Below are positions 35,926 through 45,751 of a stretch of 64,000 nucleotides of DNA, in pieces. Source of the stretch: a virus (Duplodnaviria > Caudoviricetes). Both the position numbers and the translations under genes were made by a program. The stretch is from the IMG/VR virus record IMGVR_UViG_3300033070_001154, positions 9,440 to 73,439 of that record; one strand, 5' to 3'. Under the pieces are notes generated by a model. It searched no databases, was not told the origin of the DNA, and was given only the letters and a program-made list of their open reading frames with translations. Position 1 is the stretch's first letter. Each line of letters opens with the position of its first letter.

Positions 35926-36077
35926 GACAGGAGCAGCCTGATCGCCAGCTCGTGCTGCTCGATCTCGCGGATGTGCCTGGCCACCCTGTTGCGCCAGCCC
36001 CAGACCTTGAGGTCCCATCGGACCTTGTCGGCCAGTCGCTCCACCTCTCGCTCCCGATCTCTCAGCTCAGGATTCAT
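35922..36077 (-). CDS. Small hypothetical protein (not in ORF track)
   Basis: MNPELRDREREVERLADKVRWDLK.. 51 aa, GC3-rich, ATGA-coupled. Confidence 0.5.
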   Translation of the reverse strand: MNPELRDREREVERLADKVRWDLKVWGWRNRVARHIREIEQHELAIRLLLS

Positions 36078-36080
36078 CGT

Positions 36081-36212
36081 TCACTCCTTGTCGTGCAGGT
36101 AGATCCAGAGGCAGATGCCCAGGATGAAGGAGGCCAGCCAGAACACTTCGACGGGCGCGCGGTGTACCATCGTCTCCTTGACCTGGGGGTTGTCCGTGAA
36201 GGGCGTGGTCAT
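36081..36212 (-). CDS. Small membrane protein (not in ORF track)
   Basis: 43 aa ending VFWLASFILGICLWIYLHDKE; coupled. Confidence 0.5.
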   Translation of the reverse strand: MTTPFTDNPQVKETMVHRAPVEVFWLASFILGICLWIYLHDKE

Positions 36213-36589
36213 TCCTCATCCTCCTCTTTGGCGCGGCCCTCTGCGTTGCGAAGGAGCTCCTTCTGCTTGCACAGTAGCTCGCCGTAGGCCTCGACCAGTC
36301 CAGGGATGTTGGACATCCGGCAGATGCTCTGCCCGCGGACGGTGTAGTCGATCTGTAGCCGCAGGCCCTGGATGTAGATGTCCCGGCTCGCCCGGTACAC
36401 AGTACGCTCAAGGGCAGCGCGGGATGCCATGCTCCAGAGCATCACGCCCCCGGCGATCATGAAGCCCATGATCAGGGCAACCCAGCCGTGGCCGATGGCA
36501 CGGTGGTACTTCTCGGGGAGGGTCCAGATCACCGTGGACATGAGGGCCAGGGGCCAGAACTGGAAGGCAAAACGCTTCAGGAAGTTCAT
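36209..36589 (-). CDS. Membrane protein
   Basis: Two N-terminal hydrophobic helices, 126 aa. Confidence 0.6.
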   Translation of the reverse strand: MNFLKRFAFQFWPLALMSTVIWTLPEKYHRAIGHGWVALIMGFMIAGGVMLWSMASRAALERTVYRASRDIYIQGLRLQIDYTVRGQSICRMSNIPGLVEAYGELLCKQKELLRNAEGRAKEEDEE

Positions 36590-37545
36590 CGAGAACCCTT
36601 TGTGCCCTGTTTCGTGGGGTCCGGGATCACCAGCGCATCCAGCTGGGCCAGACGCGGGTGCTCCACTCTTGGCTCGCCCTTCATCCGGACGGTGAGCCAA
36701 ATAGCGCTGCTGCTGAAGTACAGCGGCTCGGAGACGAAGCTTGAGGATCCCGTCTTCGACTGCTGGATGCTCCTGAGCCTCCTCTGGCACTCCAATTCCA
36801 CCAGGATCAGAGTGAACTTCCTGATCGTGTCCAGCGGGTCGACCAACTCCGCCTTTCGGAGAGGTCCCTCGATGGGGCGCTTCTCGGGCAGATGGAGACG
36901 ACGGACGTAGATTCCATCCAGGTCCTGTGGAAGCCAGAGCCTCCCACTGATCGTCTCCCTGGTCAGCGCCCTAGAGCCACTGGTGTGTCTGTACTGGTCC
37001 AGCTCCACCACCCCGGCGTAGACCAGCTCGCTCCCGTCCTCGATCTTGTAGACGTGTCCCGGGAGCAGGTCCTTGCTCGGGATGCGAGATGCGGTCCTCC
37101 TCTCATCCTCTCTCATCCCAACCTGGTGGTAGTGGGAGCCGACCCGGACCAGATCCAGGCCCTGGTTGATCCGGCACCAGACGAAGGGGCCGATGATCCT
37201 GCCGTTCTCCACCCGCCCGTTGTTGAGCAGCTCCAGCACGACACGGTTGTCCATGTCCACGGAGATGTGGTCGTGGATCAGGGCGTTGAAGGAGTTGCCC
37301 GAGGTGCGCCAGCAGAGATCGTTGGACCGGATGAAGGGGATGGGGTCGTTGGGCAGCCCCACCTCGATCCCGGAGAAGCCCTTGCGACAGTTCGCCACGG
37401 TGGAAGCGTTCTTGGGGTCCGCCACCATCCCGCTACGTACCTTGAAGTGCTGTGTACCGGGGCCGCCGATGTGGCTGTTTAGACCCGCGGAGGAGGGCCT
37501 TCCGAGGAAGTAGATCACCCTCTCGGGGATATACGGGGTTCCCAT
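36586..37545 (-). CDS. Hypothetical protein
   Basis: 319 aa, GC3-biased. Confidence 0.65.
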   Translation of the reverse strand: MGTPYIPERVIYFLGRPSSAGLNSHIGGPGTQHFKVRSGMVADPKNASTVANCRKGFSGIEVGLPNDPIPFIRSNDLCWRTSGNSFNALIHDHISVDMDNRVVLELLNNGRVENGRIIGPFVWCRINQGLDLVRVGSHYHQVGMREDERRTASRIPSKDLLPGHVYKIEDGSELVYAGVVELDQYRHTSGSRALTRETISGRLWLPQDLDGIYVRRLHLPEKRPIEGPLRKAELVDPLDTIRKFTLILVELECQRRLRSIQQSKTGSSSFVSEPLYFSSSAIWLTVRMKGEPRVEHPRLAQLDALVIPDPTKQGTKGSR

Positions 37546-37554
37546 TGCAGACTC

Positions 37555-38016
37555 CTACCGCCTCAATGCCGCCTGGATGTTGGCGATGGTCTGGCCACGG
37601 GCCTCCAGCTCCAGCAGCAGGCCCTCGATGCGCTTGTTGGCCTTGTCGAGCTCCTCCTTCAGCTTCCTGTCCTCGACGGACTTGCGACCTTCGAGCTCCA
37701 GCTTCATCCGACTCCACTCCTCCCGGAGCCTGGCGATGTCACCCGGAGGCTCGGGAGCTACGTCCTCCGGGACGTGGTGGAAGGTGTAGTCGTCCCCGCC
37801 ATCGTGTCCGGTGTAGACCTTGACCATCACCCGGGAGCCGACCCAGCTCCTGGATTCGTCCCGATCCCCGATGAGGAACATCGCCCTGTCCCGGCTCACC
37901 CGGTAGCTGAGGTGGTAGCTCGGGGTCTCCCCATCGGGATGGAAGAGCACCGAGGCGCCCTTCTTCTCGAAGCGTACATCTACGATCCGGCCCGTACCGA
38001 TTTCCTTGAACGCCAT
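37555..38016 (-). CDS. Hypothetical protein with C-terminal coiled coil
   Basis: MAFKEIG.. 153 aa. Confidence 0.6.
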   Translation of the reverse strand: MAFKEIGTGRIVDVRFEKKGASVLFHPDGETPSYHLSYRVSRDRAMFLIGDRDESRSWVGSRVMVKVYTGHDGGDDYTFHHVPEDVAPEPPGDIARLREEWSRMKLELEGRKSVEDRKLKEELDKANKRIEGLLLELEARGQTIANIQAALRR

Positions 38017-38021
38017 GACCC

Positions 38022-38498
38022 TCACCCCTTCTGTAGAACTTCCAGAGCGTCTTCCAGCTCTGCCTTGCGATCCAGCAGGCTGTCGATCAGCAGCCTCTTC
38101 AGCTCCAGCAACATCTCGTACTTGCGGGCACCCTTCACGGTCTGCTTGATGTAGCCACCTGCCCCGAAGTCCAGGACGAGCTTCTGGCCCTTGCCAGACC
38201 AGTCGAAGGTACAGTCCTCCGGTTCGCACTCGTAGAGGATGCCGCCCGAGTAGCGGATATCCCCGACCAGGTCCTCGATGCTCTGCTCCTTGGGGGCTTC
38301 CTGTGCCGGCTCAGGGTCGGGCTGCTTCTGAGCCTGGACCGTCATGACGACCTCCGGGCTCTTGGGAGTCAGCAGCCCGATCAGCTGCCGGAGCAGGGCT
38401 TCGGGAGGATCGACCCTCCCTGTCCCGTCGCACCGAATGCACTTGAGCGACCCGCCATTGCACTCTGGGCAGGTCATCTTGGGGATGAAGTTGCTCAC
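38022..38498 (-). CDS. Protein with N-terminal DnaJ-type zinc finger
   Basis: CPECNGGSLKCIRCDGTG (CxxCxGxG-like repeats). Confidence 0.6.
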   Translation of the reverse strand: MSNFIPKMTCPECNGGSLKCIRCDGTGRVDPPEALLRQLIGLLTPKSPEVVMTVQAQKQPDPEPAQEAPKEQSIEDLVGDIRYSGGILYECEPEDCTFDWSGKGQKLVLDFGAGGYIKQTVKGARKYEMLLELKRLLIDSLLDRKAELEDALEVLQKG

Positions 38499-40882
38499 TT
38501 GCCCCTCCGATTGAGGATGTGTCCCATGTCCCCCATGCGGGCCATGTTCATGAAGTGGGGCACGGTGCCAGCAGGGGTGCCGGTCGTGCCCATGAAGCGG
38601 TCTGCATCGACGTAGATCAGGTAGCCCGCCGTGGCCTTGATGTCGGGCTGTGGCGTAGCGCTCACCAGGAAGTCGGTGATGCGGACCTTGTGGATGGAGT
38701 CAGCCAGGCCCGAGCGGTTGAGCATCGGGATGGGCTGTCCGGGCTTCCAGTCGGGTCGCTTGGACTGCGTGGGGCTCAGGACCCAGTTGGGGTTGTCCAC
38801 GTCCTGGGCCATGTTGGCCATGGCCTGCCAGACGGTCTGGCCTCGGGTATAGGCGTTGTCCGTGTCACCGCGCTTGGGGGAGATGACCAGGTCCCCGTAG
38901 TCCACGACCCGGAAGCGGATCCGAACGTCGTGGACCTTCTCCTGGTGCCTGAACCAGGTCGCCATGGCCACGGTGTCCACGGTCCCGGCCTCCAGCTTCT
39001 CGATGAAGAGCCGGCCCACCTTGCCGTGCTTCTTGAGCTCCCTCCAGATCTTGAGGGCGTCGGCCATGACCCTGGGGTCCTCCAGGTCGGAGATGGGCAC
39101 CCCCACGATCGCGGCCAGCACACGCTTGTGGATCTCAGCCCTGGGGAGTTCCAGGGAGAGGTAGCCGCAGTTCTCCCCCTGGAGGAGGGCGCAGGCGGTG
39201 AGGTAGCAGGAGAACATGCTGTTGTGGGTGACGGTGAAGTCCCCCAGCAGGTACCGTCCGTCCCCGTCCAGGGTGAAGCCATAGTAGGTCTCCTCAGTCC
39301 CGGTTGGAACGACCTTGAACTTGGGCCGCATGGAAGCCCACTGCCCCCTGGAAGCCTTGATGGCTCGCTTCCTCGGGAGGCGCGTCGGGATGCGCCACGT
39401 CTCCCCGGTGATGGCCACGCGGTAGTAGGTGCCCACCGCCCCCGTCTGGCAGCCCTTCCGACACTCCTTGACCTCAGCGTAGAGGCCGCACGACCGTGCG
39501 ATGAACACCACGTCGTCCGCGAGTTGCTTGGACTTGGAGATGTAGTCGAACGCTACCTGATAGCGCTTGCTGAGATGCCCGTCCGTGTCGAGAAGACCAG
39601 CGAGCATCTGGAGCCTGTCCTCCAGGGAGGCTGTCTTGTACGTATCCGGGATGGACTTGTGCTCCGCACGCTGCCCCATTACCCCGAGACTGCGGAGTGT
39701 GTTGGTCAGCACGGTGGTCCCACGACCGCCCTGCCCACTGAAGCGCCAGGTGCTGGCCTTGCCAGCGTCCACCGCGAGTACGAGCCGAAGCCCGAGCTTC
39801 GTCGCCTGGGCTTCGAGCTCCGCCTTGATCTCCTCGTCGGCGGTCGTGACCGAGCAGTTCCCACGAGTTGCACCGTCTCCGAGGATCACCCCCAGGAAGT
39901 ACGGGTCCAAGGGCAGCTTCGCACCGGGCGGGAAGTGGACGGCCGGGGACTTGATCAAACGGTAGTGTGCCTGCTTGGTCCGCGGCCAGGAAAGCCACTC
40001 CTTGACCGAAACGTCCACCCATTCGGTCTCACGTCGTACCCCATGATTGGGGCTGCCCATGTTCGCCAGGGTCAGAATGTGGTCGTAGTTCACGACCCAC
40101 GGGGCACCCTTCTCAGGGCGCACTTCGTACATGTCACCAGTCCCGGTCCCGGTGCGAAGCACCTGCCTGGGCTGGCTCGACGGCCCCATCAGAAGGTCCC
40201 CAGGTGCGATGTCCTGTACCTTCTTGATGCCCCCATCGTACATCAGGATGGGCGTATCGAGCCGGTGACACTTGCCGGCCTTGCTGTCCATGAGCCAGGT
40301 CAGGAGCGTTCCGAGGGGCCAGCCGCCCTTCCAGAGCGTGTCCAGCTCGTAGAGTCCGGTCAGCAGCTTCCGACCCGTGGGAGCCTCCCGGACGATCTCT
40401 TCGGTATCCTCCCCGAACTCAGAGGATGCCAGCTCCACCTCGGCCACTGGCGCCCCGAGGGCGTCGCAGGCAGCCATCTCGTCCAGCAGGGTGTTGCCGA
40501 AGAGGCCGTCGTTCTTGTAGCGGTCGACCACCTTGCGGGCCAGCTTGGCCGACCAGTCCTTTCGGACCGGGGAGATGAGCTCGTTGATCACTTTCTCGGG
40601 CTCGACATCCAGACGCTCCCCGAGGGCCTCCGCCAGCATCCCGAGCTCGTCATCCGTGACGGAGCCCTCGTTCATCAGGTGCGCCGCCCTCTGCACCACC
40701 AGACCCTCGTCCGGCCAACCGTGGTCGGCGGCAACAGCTCGGCAGAGCTTGAGGATCAGCTTGTTGACGGGATCTACCAGCTCCTCCACGTCCAGTCGGC
40801 TCCCGATGCGGAGCCAGAAGTTCTTGTTCCTCACGCAGAGCAGGCTGGTAACCCGCTCGAAGTCCTTGGATACGCCGTACAT
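38495..40882 (-). CDS. dnaB: Replicative DnaB-like helicase with intein
   Basis: After removing the intein: P-loop ..AGKS, YLSLEL, VVDYGD, TQSKR; close to primase and polymerase. Confidence 0.85.
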   Translation of the reverse strand: MYGVSKDFERVTSLLCVRNKNFWLRIGSRLDVEELVDPVNKLILKLCRAVAADHGWPDEGLVVQRAAHLMNEGSVTDDELGMLAEALGERLDVEPEKVINELISPVRKDWSAKLARKVVDRYKNDGLFGNTLLDEMAACDALGAPVAEVELASSEFGEDTEEIVREAPTGRKLLTGLYELDTLWKGGWPLGTLLTWLMDSKAGKCHRLDTPILMYDGGIKKVQDIAPGDLLMGPSSQPRQVLRTGTGTGDMYEVRPEKGAPWVVNYDHILTLANMGSPNHGVRRETEWVDVSVKEWLSWPRTKQAHYRLIKSPAVHFPPGAKLPLDPYFLGVILGDGATRGNCSVTTADEEIKAELEAQATKLGLRLVLAVDAGKASTWRFSGQGGRGTTVLTNTLRSLGVMGQRAEHKSIPDTYKTASLEDRLQMLAGLLDTDGHLSKRYQVAFDYISKSKQLADDVVFIARSCGLYAEVKECRKGCQTGAVGTYYRVAITGETWRIPTRLPRKRAIKASRGQWASMRPKFKVVPTGTEETYYGFTLDGDGRYLLGDFTVTHNSMFSCYLTACALLQGENCGYLSLELPRAEIHKRVLAAIVGVPISDLEDPRVMADALKIWRELKKHGKVGRLFIEKLEAGTVDTVAMATWFRHQEKVHDVRIRFRVVDYGDLVISPKRGDTDNAYTRGQTVWQAMANMAQDVDNPNWVLSPTQSKRPDWKPGQPIPMLNRSGLADSIHKVRITDFLVSATPQPDIKATAGYLIYVDADRFMGTTGTPAGTVPHFMNMARMGDMGHILNRRGK
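39221..40270 (-). mobile_element. Intein (350 aa) with LAGLIDADG homing endonuclease
   Basis: GK|CHRLDTPILMYDG..NYDHIL..FLGVILGDG..LAGLLDTDG..YYGFTLDGDGRYLLGDFTVTHN|S. Confidence 0.95.
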
Positions 40883-41074
40883 CTATCCAAACCTCCCGAT
40901 CAGCCCTGAACACGACCACACCAGGGTCAACAGGGCCCACATGCCCAGCAGCCCCATCTTCTGCGGCGAATACCCGGAGAGGGGATCCATAGAGATGATC
41001 AGTACGAGGGAGCCGGCAGATGCCAGCGCCTCCGTCCAGAAGACGAATCCTGAGCTCAGATTGTCTTCCGCCAT
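40883..41074 (-). CDS. Small two-helix membrane protein
   Basis: 63 aa, two hydrophobic segments. Confidence 0.5.
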   Translation of the reverse strand: MAEDNLSSGFVFWTEALASAGSLVLIISMDPLSGYSPQKMGLLGMWALLTLVWSCSGLIGRFG

Positions 41075-41274
41075 GCACCCTCTCGATACGCCAGACCCAG
41101 GCCTGGATCGCGACGCTCCCTGGTGACGATGTCGCTGTACTCGCCCTCCGCGAAGGTGTGGATCGCGCCCATCTCGGAGGTCATGACAAAGCTCGTCCTG
41201 AGACCCTGTACCCTGAGCTGGTAGGCCGAGACCTTCACCCCGGCACCGTCATACTCCGCCAGCTTTTCTGCCAC
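41056..41274 (-). CDS. Hypothetical protein
   Basis: 72 aa. Confidence 0.5.
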   Translation of the reverse strand: MAEKLAEYDGAGVKVSAYQLRVQGLRTSFVMTSEMGAIHTFAEGEYSDIVTRERRDPGLGLAYREGAWRKTI

Positions 41275-41746
41275 GGTCCGACTCTCCCAGCAGCAATGCT
41301 CCGCCCCAGAGGAACTCCCCTGAAGCCGCTCTGTCCTTCCAGGCCTGCTCCAGCTTCAGCACGTCCTCGTGGGACATGCCCCTGATCGGCATGGTGATCG
41401 GCAGGGACAGCTCCCCGACGAATCCCATGCCCCTGTCCATCTGATCCATCAGGGCCTTCTCCGACCACACGAAGCGGAAGGGTGGCCTGTCCAGCCCGAT
41501 CTTCTCCCTGATCGTCCCGAACACCGTCAGCCGATGTACCACCCACTCCGCAGGCCTCACCTCTAGACCGTGCAACAGCCCCATCATGGAAAGAAGGGGT
41601 GTGCGCTCGTCGGGATGGATGGGACGAAGGGGCGACTTGAAGTAGAGCGCGAGCGCCCCCCGCCACGTCCTCCATCCGATCTCCAGCCACCTGGATGAAT
41701 CGGACGGGAGCAACGGGGCGGGGGGCAACAGGGGCTGTCGGCTCAC
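41249..41746 (-). CDS. Hypothetical protein
   Basis: 165 aa, GTGA-coupled. Confidence 0.55.
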   Translation of the reverse strand: MSRQPLLPPAPLLPSDSSRWLEIGWRTWRGALALYFKSPLRPIHPDERTPLLSMMGLLHGLEVRPAEWVVHRLTVFGTIREKIGLDRPPFRFVWSEKALMDQMDRGMGFVGELSLPITMPIRGMSHEDVLKLEQAWKDRAASGEFLWGGALLLGESDRGRKAGGV

Positions 41747-41964
41747 TCCGAACCCGGACGCTCCTCGACCCCCGCCTTCACGGTGAAGGCCTCGGGGCAG
41801 ATGGACGGGTCGTACACCCGGTCACCCGCCTTGCGCTCGTAGGTACCCGTACCGGCCCTGTGAGCCTCCTGCTTGTCCCGCGCCGTCTGCTGGCGCTTCT
41901 TGCCGTAGCCGATCTTGCGAACGTCCAGGCACGCGTCCCCGTTGTATCCATTCCACGTCGGCAT
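41743..41964 (-). CDS. Hypothetical protein
   Basis: 73 aa after GAGAGGAAC leader. Confidence 0.55.
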   Translation of the reverse strand: MPTWNGYNGDACLDVRKIGYGKKRQQTARDKQEAHRAGTGTYERKAGDRVYDPSICPEAFTVKAGVEERPGSE

Positions 41965-41977
41965 CGTCTTGTTCCTC

Positions 41978-42208
41978 TCAGCTTTGCTTTCCCCGTTCGA
42001 TGAACGCCACGGGGATGTTCTTCTGCCACGCCAGCCAGGCCACTACAGCCCTGTTGCAGGTCCCGATGTGGAACCTGTCCATCTTCCCCCGGCTGCCCAA
42101 CACCTTCGCCAGCTTCTGACGGTCCCCGTACGCTTCCTCAGTCTCGATCCTGACGAAGTGCCTGCGACCGTCGGTAGCGACGATGGTGTAGTAGCTCGCC
42201 CGGGTCAC
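41978..42208 (-). CDS. Hypothetical protein
   Basis: GTG start coupled to upstream stop, 76 aa. Confidence 0.5.
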   Translation of the reverse strand: MTRASYYTIVATDGRRHFVRIETEEAYGDRQKLAKVLGSRGKMDRFHIGTCNRAVVAWLAWQKNIPVAFIERGKQS

Positions 42209-42393
42209 GCCGCCTTCTTGGCCGGGGCCATCGGAGCCCCGCCCTTCTTCTCGACGCGGGTCTGCTCCGAGCAGATCGTGCAGCGGAACATCTCCGGGTC
42301 CTTGGTCGGGTTCATCACCCGCTTGCCAGCCCCGTGGAGCTTGTCCTGCTGGTGACCAGCCATGCACTTCGCACTGTTGCACTTGAGAATCAT
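42205..42393 (-). CDS. Small zinc-ribbon-like protein
   Basis: CNSAKC..CTIC, 62 aa. Confidence 0.55.
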   Translation of the reverse strand: MILKCNSAKCMAGHQQDKLHGAGKRVMNPTKDPEMFRCTICSEQTRVEKKGGAPMAPAKKAA

Positions 42394-42569
42394 GATCGTC
42401 TCTCCCTGTCTCTGTCTGTGTAGCTCTTCTGCCCATTCCTACACGGGTTGGCAGAAGTTTCTTGCGCTTACCTGGATGGCAAGGCAGGAGATGGGTTGTG
42501 GGTGTGTCCACGGTGATCGGGGCGGGGGCATGTTGCTTCCCGCCTCGTCAACTATCTGGGTGTTGCGGA

Positions 42570-42977
42570 TCAGGTGCCCAGGGCGGCGATCTTGTCCTGA
42601 ATCTCCTTCTCGGTGAGCGCGGAGAGGGCGCCGGCCTGCTTCTCCGCGAGGATCTCCAGAAGGCGCTCCTTCTCGGCCTTGTTGGTGGCGCGCTTCTTCG
42701 CCGCCGTCTCCTCGGCCAGCTTCACCGCGATGACGCGCTTGACGAGCTCCAGGGCGATCTCCGCCCTGTCGTGGGCCGGGGTCCTCTCCGTCGCGACGAA
42801 GCTCTCCTCCGTGAGGGCCCTCAAGGCCCTGTTGGCCTCCTTGGCGATGCTGTCGAGGTCGAAGCCGTCCCGGGAGCGGAGCGGTACGTCCCAGAGCTGC
42901 TCCAGGGAGAGCGTCCCCCTCGTGGAGTTGAAGCGGAGCTTGTTGCGCGTGGCGAACTCGAAGATGTCGTTGATCAT
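42570..42977 (-). CDS. Helical phage protein, partner of the 684-aa gene
   Basis: 135 aa, NKLRFNSTRGTLSLEQLWDVPL; extreme GC3 bias. Confidence 0.7.
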   Translation of the reverse strand: MINDIFEFATRNKLRFNSTRGTLSLEQLWDVPLRSRDGFDLDSIAKEANRALRALTEESFVATERTPAHDRAEIALELVKRVIAVKLAEETAAKKRATNKAEKERLLEILAEKQAGALSALTEKEIQDKIAALGT

Positions 42978-43001
42978 GACCTTGTTCCTCTCTCTGTCTT
43001 C

Positions 43002-45056
43002 CTAGCCGATCCTGACGTTGAACGTGCGCTGGGACTTGCCCGTACGCACCCGGACGATCGCCGAGTCCTTCTTGGTCGAGCTGAAGCCCAGACCCGCCAG
43101 GCCCCCCTCGGTCGGGGCACACTTGGTCTTGTCCCCGACCACCTCCAACACCTTCCTGTGGGGCTCCAGGCGGGTGTGGAGGAACTCGTTGTAGATGCCC
43201 CGCAGGTCCTCGTCGCACCTGGCCCCGTCGAGCACGAAGAAGGTGTGCTTGTTCCCGACGGCGTTGTTGCCCCAGTAGTTGGGGGACAGGGTGACGGTGT
43301 TGACCTTCACGAACTGGCCCGTGGTGAGCCCCCACTTGTCCTGCTTGACGGTGGCGGAAGTGATCGTCGGGTCACCGGCCTCCACCCTCTCGATGGTCCC
43401 GCCCTTCATGTGGAGGGTGCAGACGGTCACGTCGGAGCGGCTCCGCACCACCTTGTTGTAGGAGAAGTGGGAGAGCTTCCCGCTCGACTCCACCTCGACC
43501 ACGAAGCCCACGTCGGAGGTCTCCCGCTGGTTGTAGTTGTTGACGACCACCCGGTACGCCCCGTCAGGCATCCGGGCAGCCCAGACGATGTTCTCGACGG
43601 GCTCACGGGTCAGCCCGCCTCCGGCGTTCATGTCCACGTCGAGCACCCCGCCCGACGCACCATGCTTGCAGCCGAAGTAGATGCGACCGTGTCCGATGGG
43701 CTCGTAGATGTGCAGGTCCAGGTCGTCGTAGTTGGTCCACGACAGGGAGACTCGCAGGACTGCCCCTTCGACCCGACCGCCGGCCTTCTTCACGCGCTCC
43801 CTGATGCTGTCCGTCACGTTGCCGCCGTAGGACCAGGCGAAGTCGTTGTCCCAGCGGAACAGGTGCTTCGGCTCCGGGTGGACCGGGGCAGTGATCGCCA
43901 TGAGGTTCCCGATGTGCTCGTTCTTGAAGAGCACCTCCAGGCCCGTGGCGCTGGGGAGCACCCTCGTCATGAAGTCGTCCAGGGCGATCTCCTCGGCCTT
44001 GCTCTCGTCCACGGTCTCCGGGCTGGTGCTCCGTGCGTGGGACATCAGCACGTCCCCGATGCCGCCCTTCATCAGGGGCTTGGCCGACCCGTCGACCCAG
44101 AGAACGTCCGTGATGGAGATGTCCCTGATCGTGGCGAAGCGCCGCTCCAGGGCCGACTCCAGATCGAGCTCCTTGATGGTCGCCATGGCCCTCTCGACCA
44201 TGGCGGGGGTGATCAGCGCGGTGGTGCGCTTGTAGTTCTGGGGGGCCACCTTGCTCTCGTAGGAGCGCACCGCCCACTCAAGGTCCGTCCCCGACGACAG
44301 GTCCGTCACCAGGGTGCCGATCACCGTGTTCTTGAACCGGGCGGCGGGATCCGCCGAGTGTGCCCAGGCGAAGGTGCGACGCTTCTCCTCGGGCAGCTTG
44401 AGGTACGCCCGCTGGGACTTCTGGAACTGCTTGACCGCGGGCCGGTGCTCCTCGCCCCGGTAGAGGTTGTTGGCGTCGATCAGGCCCATCACCGTGTCCA
44501 CCGCCTCGGGGGTGAGCTCGATCAGGCCCCGCTCGAACACCTCCACGGTCGTTCGGAAGCTGCCGCACTCCGTTCCGGGGGAGGAGACCCGGAGGTTGGC
44601 GGGGATCTGGCCCGTGTAGAAGTGCTCCCAGGTGAGCACCTTCTTGGTCACGGCGTCCTGCGACCGGGAGGTCTGGGTGCCGAAGCTCGACTCCTTCGTG
44701 GCCACCCGGAAGAGGTCGCTGATGGGCGAGGCCCGCACCTTCTCCCGGAGAGCCGCCGCCACCGTGTTGTAGGGCGCGGGGGCGTCCTTGGCCGCGTCGT
44801 CCCAGACCGTGTTGATGTGCCCGTCGTCGTTGATGGTCACGACGTTCCCGATCCGCCTGATGAAGCTCTTGCACATCCCGCAGTCGTGCTCCGTCCTCTT
44901 GGCGAAGATGGGGTTGGTGCCCTCGGGGAAGGCCCCGAGGTACGCCTCGTACAGCTCGTCTCCCGTCACTCCCGAGACGAGGACGGGGTTGCTCTTGGCG
45001 AGCCGCTGGAACGTGTTGGAGACGGCCTGAGCGAACGAATGGAAACCTGGGATCAT
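43002..45056 (-). CDS. Large uncharacterised phage protein with CxxC site and YfaP/TerD-like beta domain
   Basis: EHDCGMCKSFIR; LRVSLSWTNYDDLDLH..LDVDMNAGG..VENIVW. Confidence 0.7.
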   Translation of the reverse strand: MIPGFHSFAQAVSNTFQRLAKSNPVLVSGVTGDELYEAYLGAFPEGTNPIFAKRTEHDCGMCKSFIRRIGNVVTINDDGHINTVWDDAAKDAPAPYNTVAAALREKVRASPISDLFRVATKESSFGTQTSRSQDAVTKKVLTWEHFYTGQIPANLRVSSPGTECGSFRTTVEVFERGLIELTPEAVDTVMGLIDANNLYRGEEHRPAVKQFQKSQRAYLKLPEEKRRTFAWAHSADPAARFKNTVIGTLVTDLSSGTDLEWAVRSYESKVAPQNYKRTTALITPAMVERAMATIKELDLESALERRFATIRDISITDVLWVDGSAKPLMKGGIGDVLMSHARSTSPETVDESKAEEIALDDFMTRVLPSATGLEVLFKNEHIGNLMAITAPVHPEPKHLFRWDNDFAWSYGGNVTDSIRERVKKAGGRVEGAVLRVSLSWTNYDDLDLHIYEPIGHGRIYFGCKHGASGGVLDVDMNAGGGLTREPVENIVWAARMPDGAYRVVVNNYNQRETSDVGFVVEVESSGKLSHFSYNKVVRSRSDVTVCTLHMKGGTIERVEAGDPTITSATVKQDKWGLTTGQFVKVNTVTLSPNYWGNNAVGNKHTFFVLDGARCDEDLRGIYNEFLHTRLEPHRKVLEVVGDKTKCAPTEGGLAGLGFSSTKKDSAIVRVRTGKSQRTFNVRIG

Positions 45057-45083
45057 GGGATTACCTCTCTTGTCCATGTACGA

Positions 45084-45112
45084 AAGGCCGGGACGTACCA
45101 ACGCCCGGCCTT
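45084..45112 (-). terminator. Stem-loop between genes
   Basis: AAGGCCGGG / CCCGGCCTT 9-bp inverted repeat. Confidence 0.4.
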
Positions 45113-45154
45113 CTGGTGATCTACTTGTGCCCGGTCGCTGGCCGGGATGACCGA

Positions 45155-45505
45155 CTACTTGGGGTCGCGGGGCTCGTCCCCAGGGAACTTGACGGTCCAC
45201 TGGAAGAGGGGGTTGATGGGGCTCGTCGACTGGAGCCGGATCAAGAGCTGCTCGGTCTTCCTGAGCAGCGCCAGCATCTCCTTGTGCTCACTGGTCAGCT
45301 TCTCCATGCTCCGGTGGAGCTCGTTTGCCTGGTTGGCGAAGTCCACGGCGGTAGCGTTGGCCTCGTCGGATTCATCCCGGAGGGCCTTGTTCTCGATCCG
45401 GAGGGAGACGAGCTCGTCCTCCAGCTCGTGGATACACTCCCTCACCTTCCGACAGGCGGGGCAGGCGGCGACACAGTTCCCGTCTTGGGCTGTGAGGTGG
45501 ATCAT
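45155..45505 (-). CDS. Coiled-coil protein with CxxCxxC
   Basis: 116 aa, TGATG-coupled. Confidence 0.55.
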   Translation of the reverse strand: MIHLTAQDGNCVAACPACRKVRECIHELEDELVSLRIENKALRDESDEANATAVDFANQANELHRSMEKLTSEHKEMLALLRKTEQLLIRLQSTSPINPLFQWTVKFPGDEPRDPK

Positions 45506-45693
45506 CACTCTTCTCCTGCAAGCGTCCTGAGGATCTGGAGCACCCTCCGAATCCTGATCCGGTCCGACATGGGCAGCTCCCTCGGAAGGCAGTGGCACGG
45601 CCCATTGGTGCCCTGTCCCCTCGGCTTCGCCACCACGCAACTATGGCTGCTACAGCCCAGCACTGTGAGTTCTTCTCGTAGGCTATCGTTCAT
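45505..45693 (-). CDS. Small Cys-rich protein
   Basis: CSSHSC..CHC, 62 aa. Confidence 0.55.
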   Translation of the reverse strand: MNDSLREELTVLGCSSHSCVVAKPRGQGTNGPCHCLPRELPMSDRIRIRRVLQILRTLAGEE

Positions 45694-45751
45694 CGTCGCT
45701 TCCTGAGGAGCACAACCAGACCGAACCAGAGCAGGGACCAGATCAGGCCCA

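Noticed and set aside
42462-45119. 885-aa plus-strand ORF (also 28152-30662, 38519-40909, 53038-54858, 45919-47412)
   Set aside because: Antisense shadows of real minus-strand genes; high GC3 removes stops on the opposite strand, and the translations lack motifs
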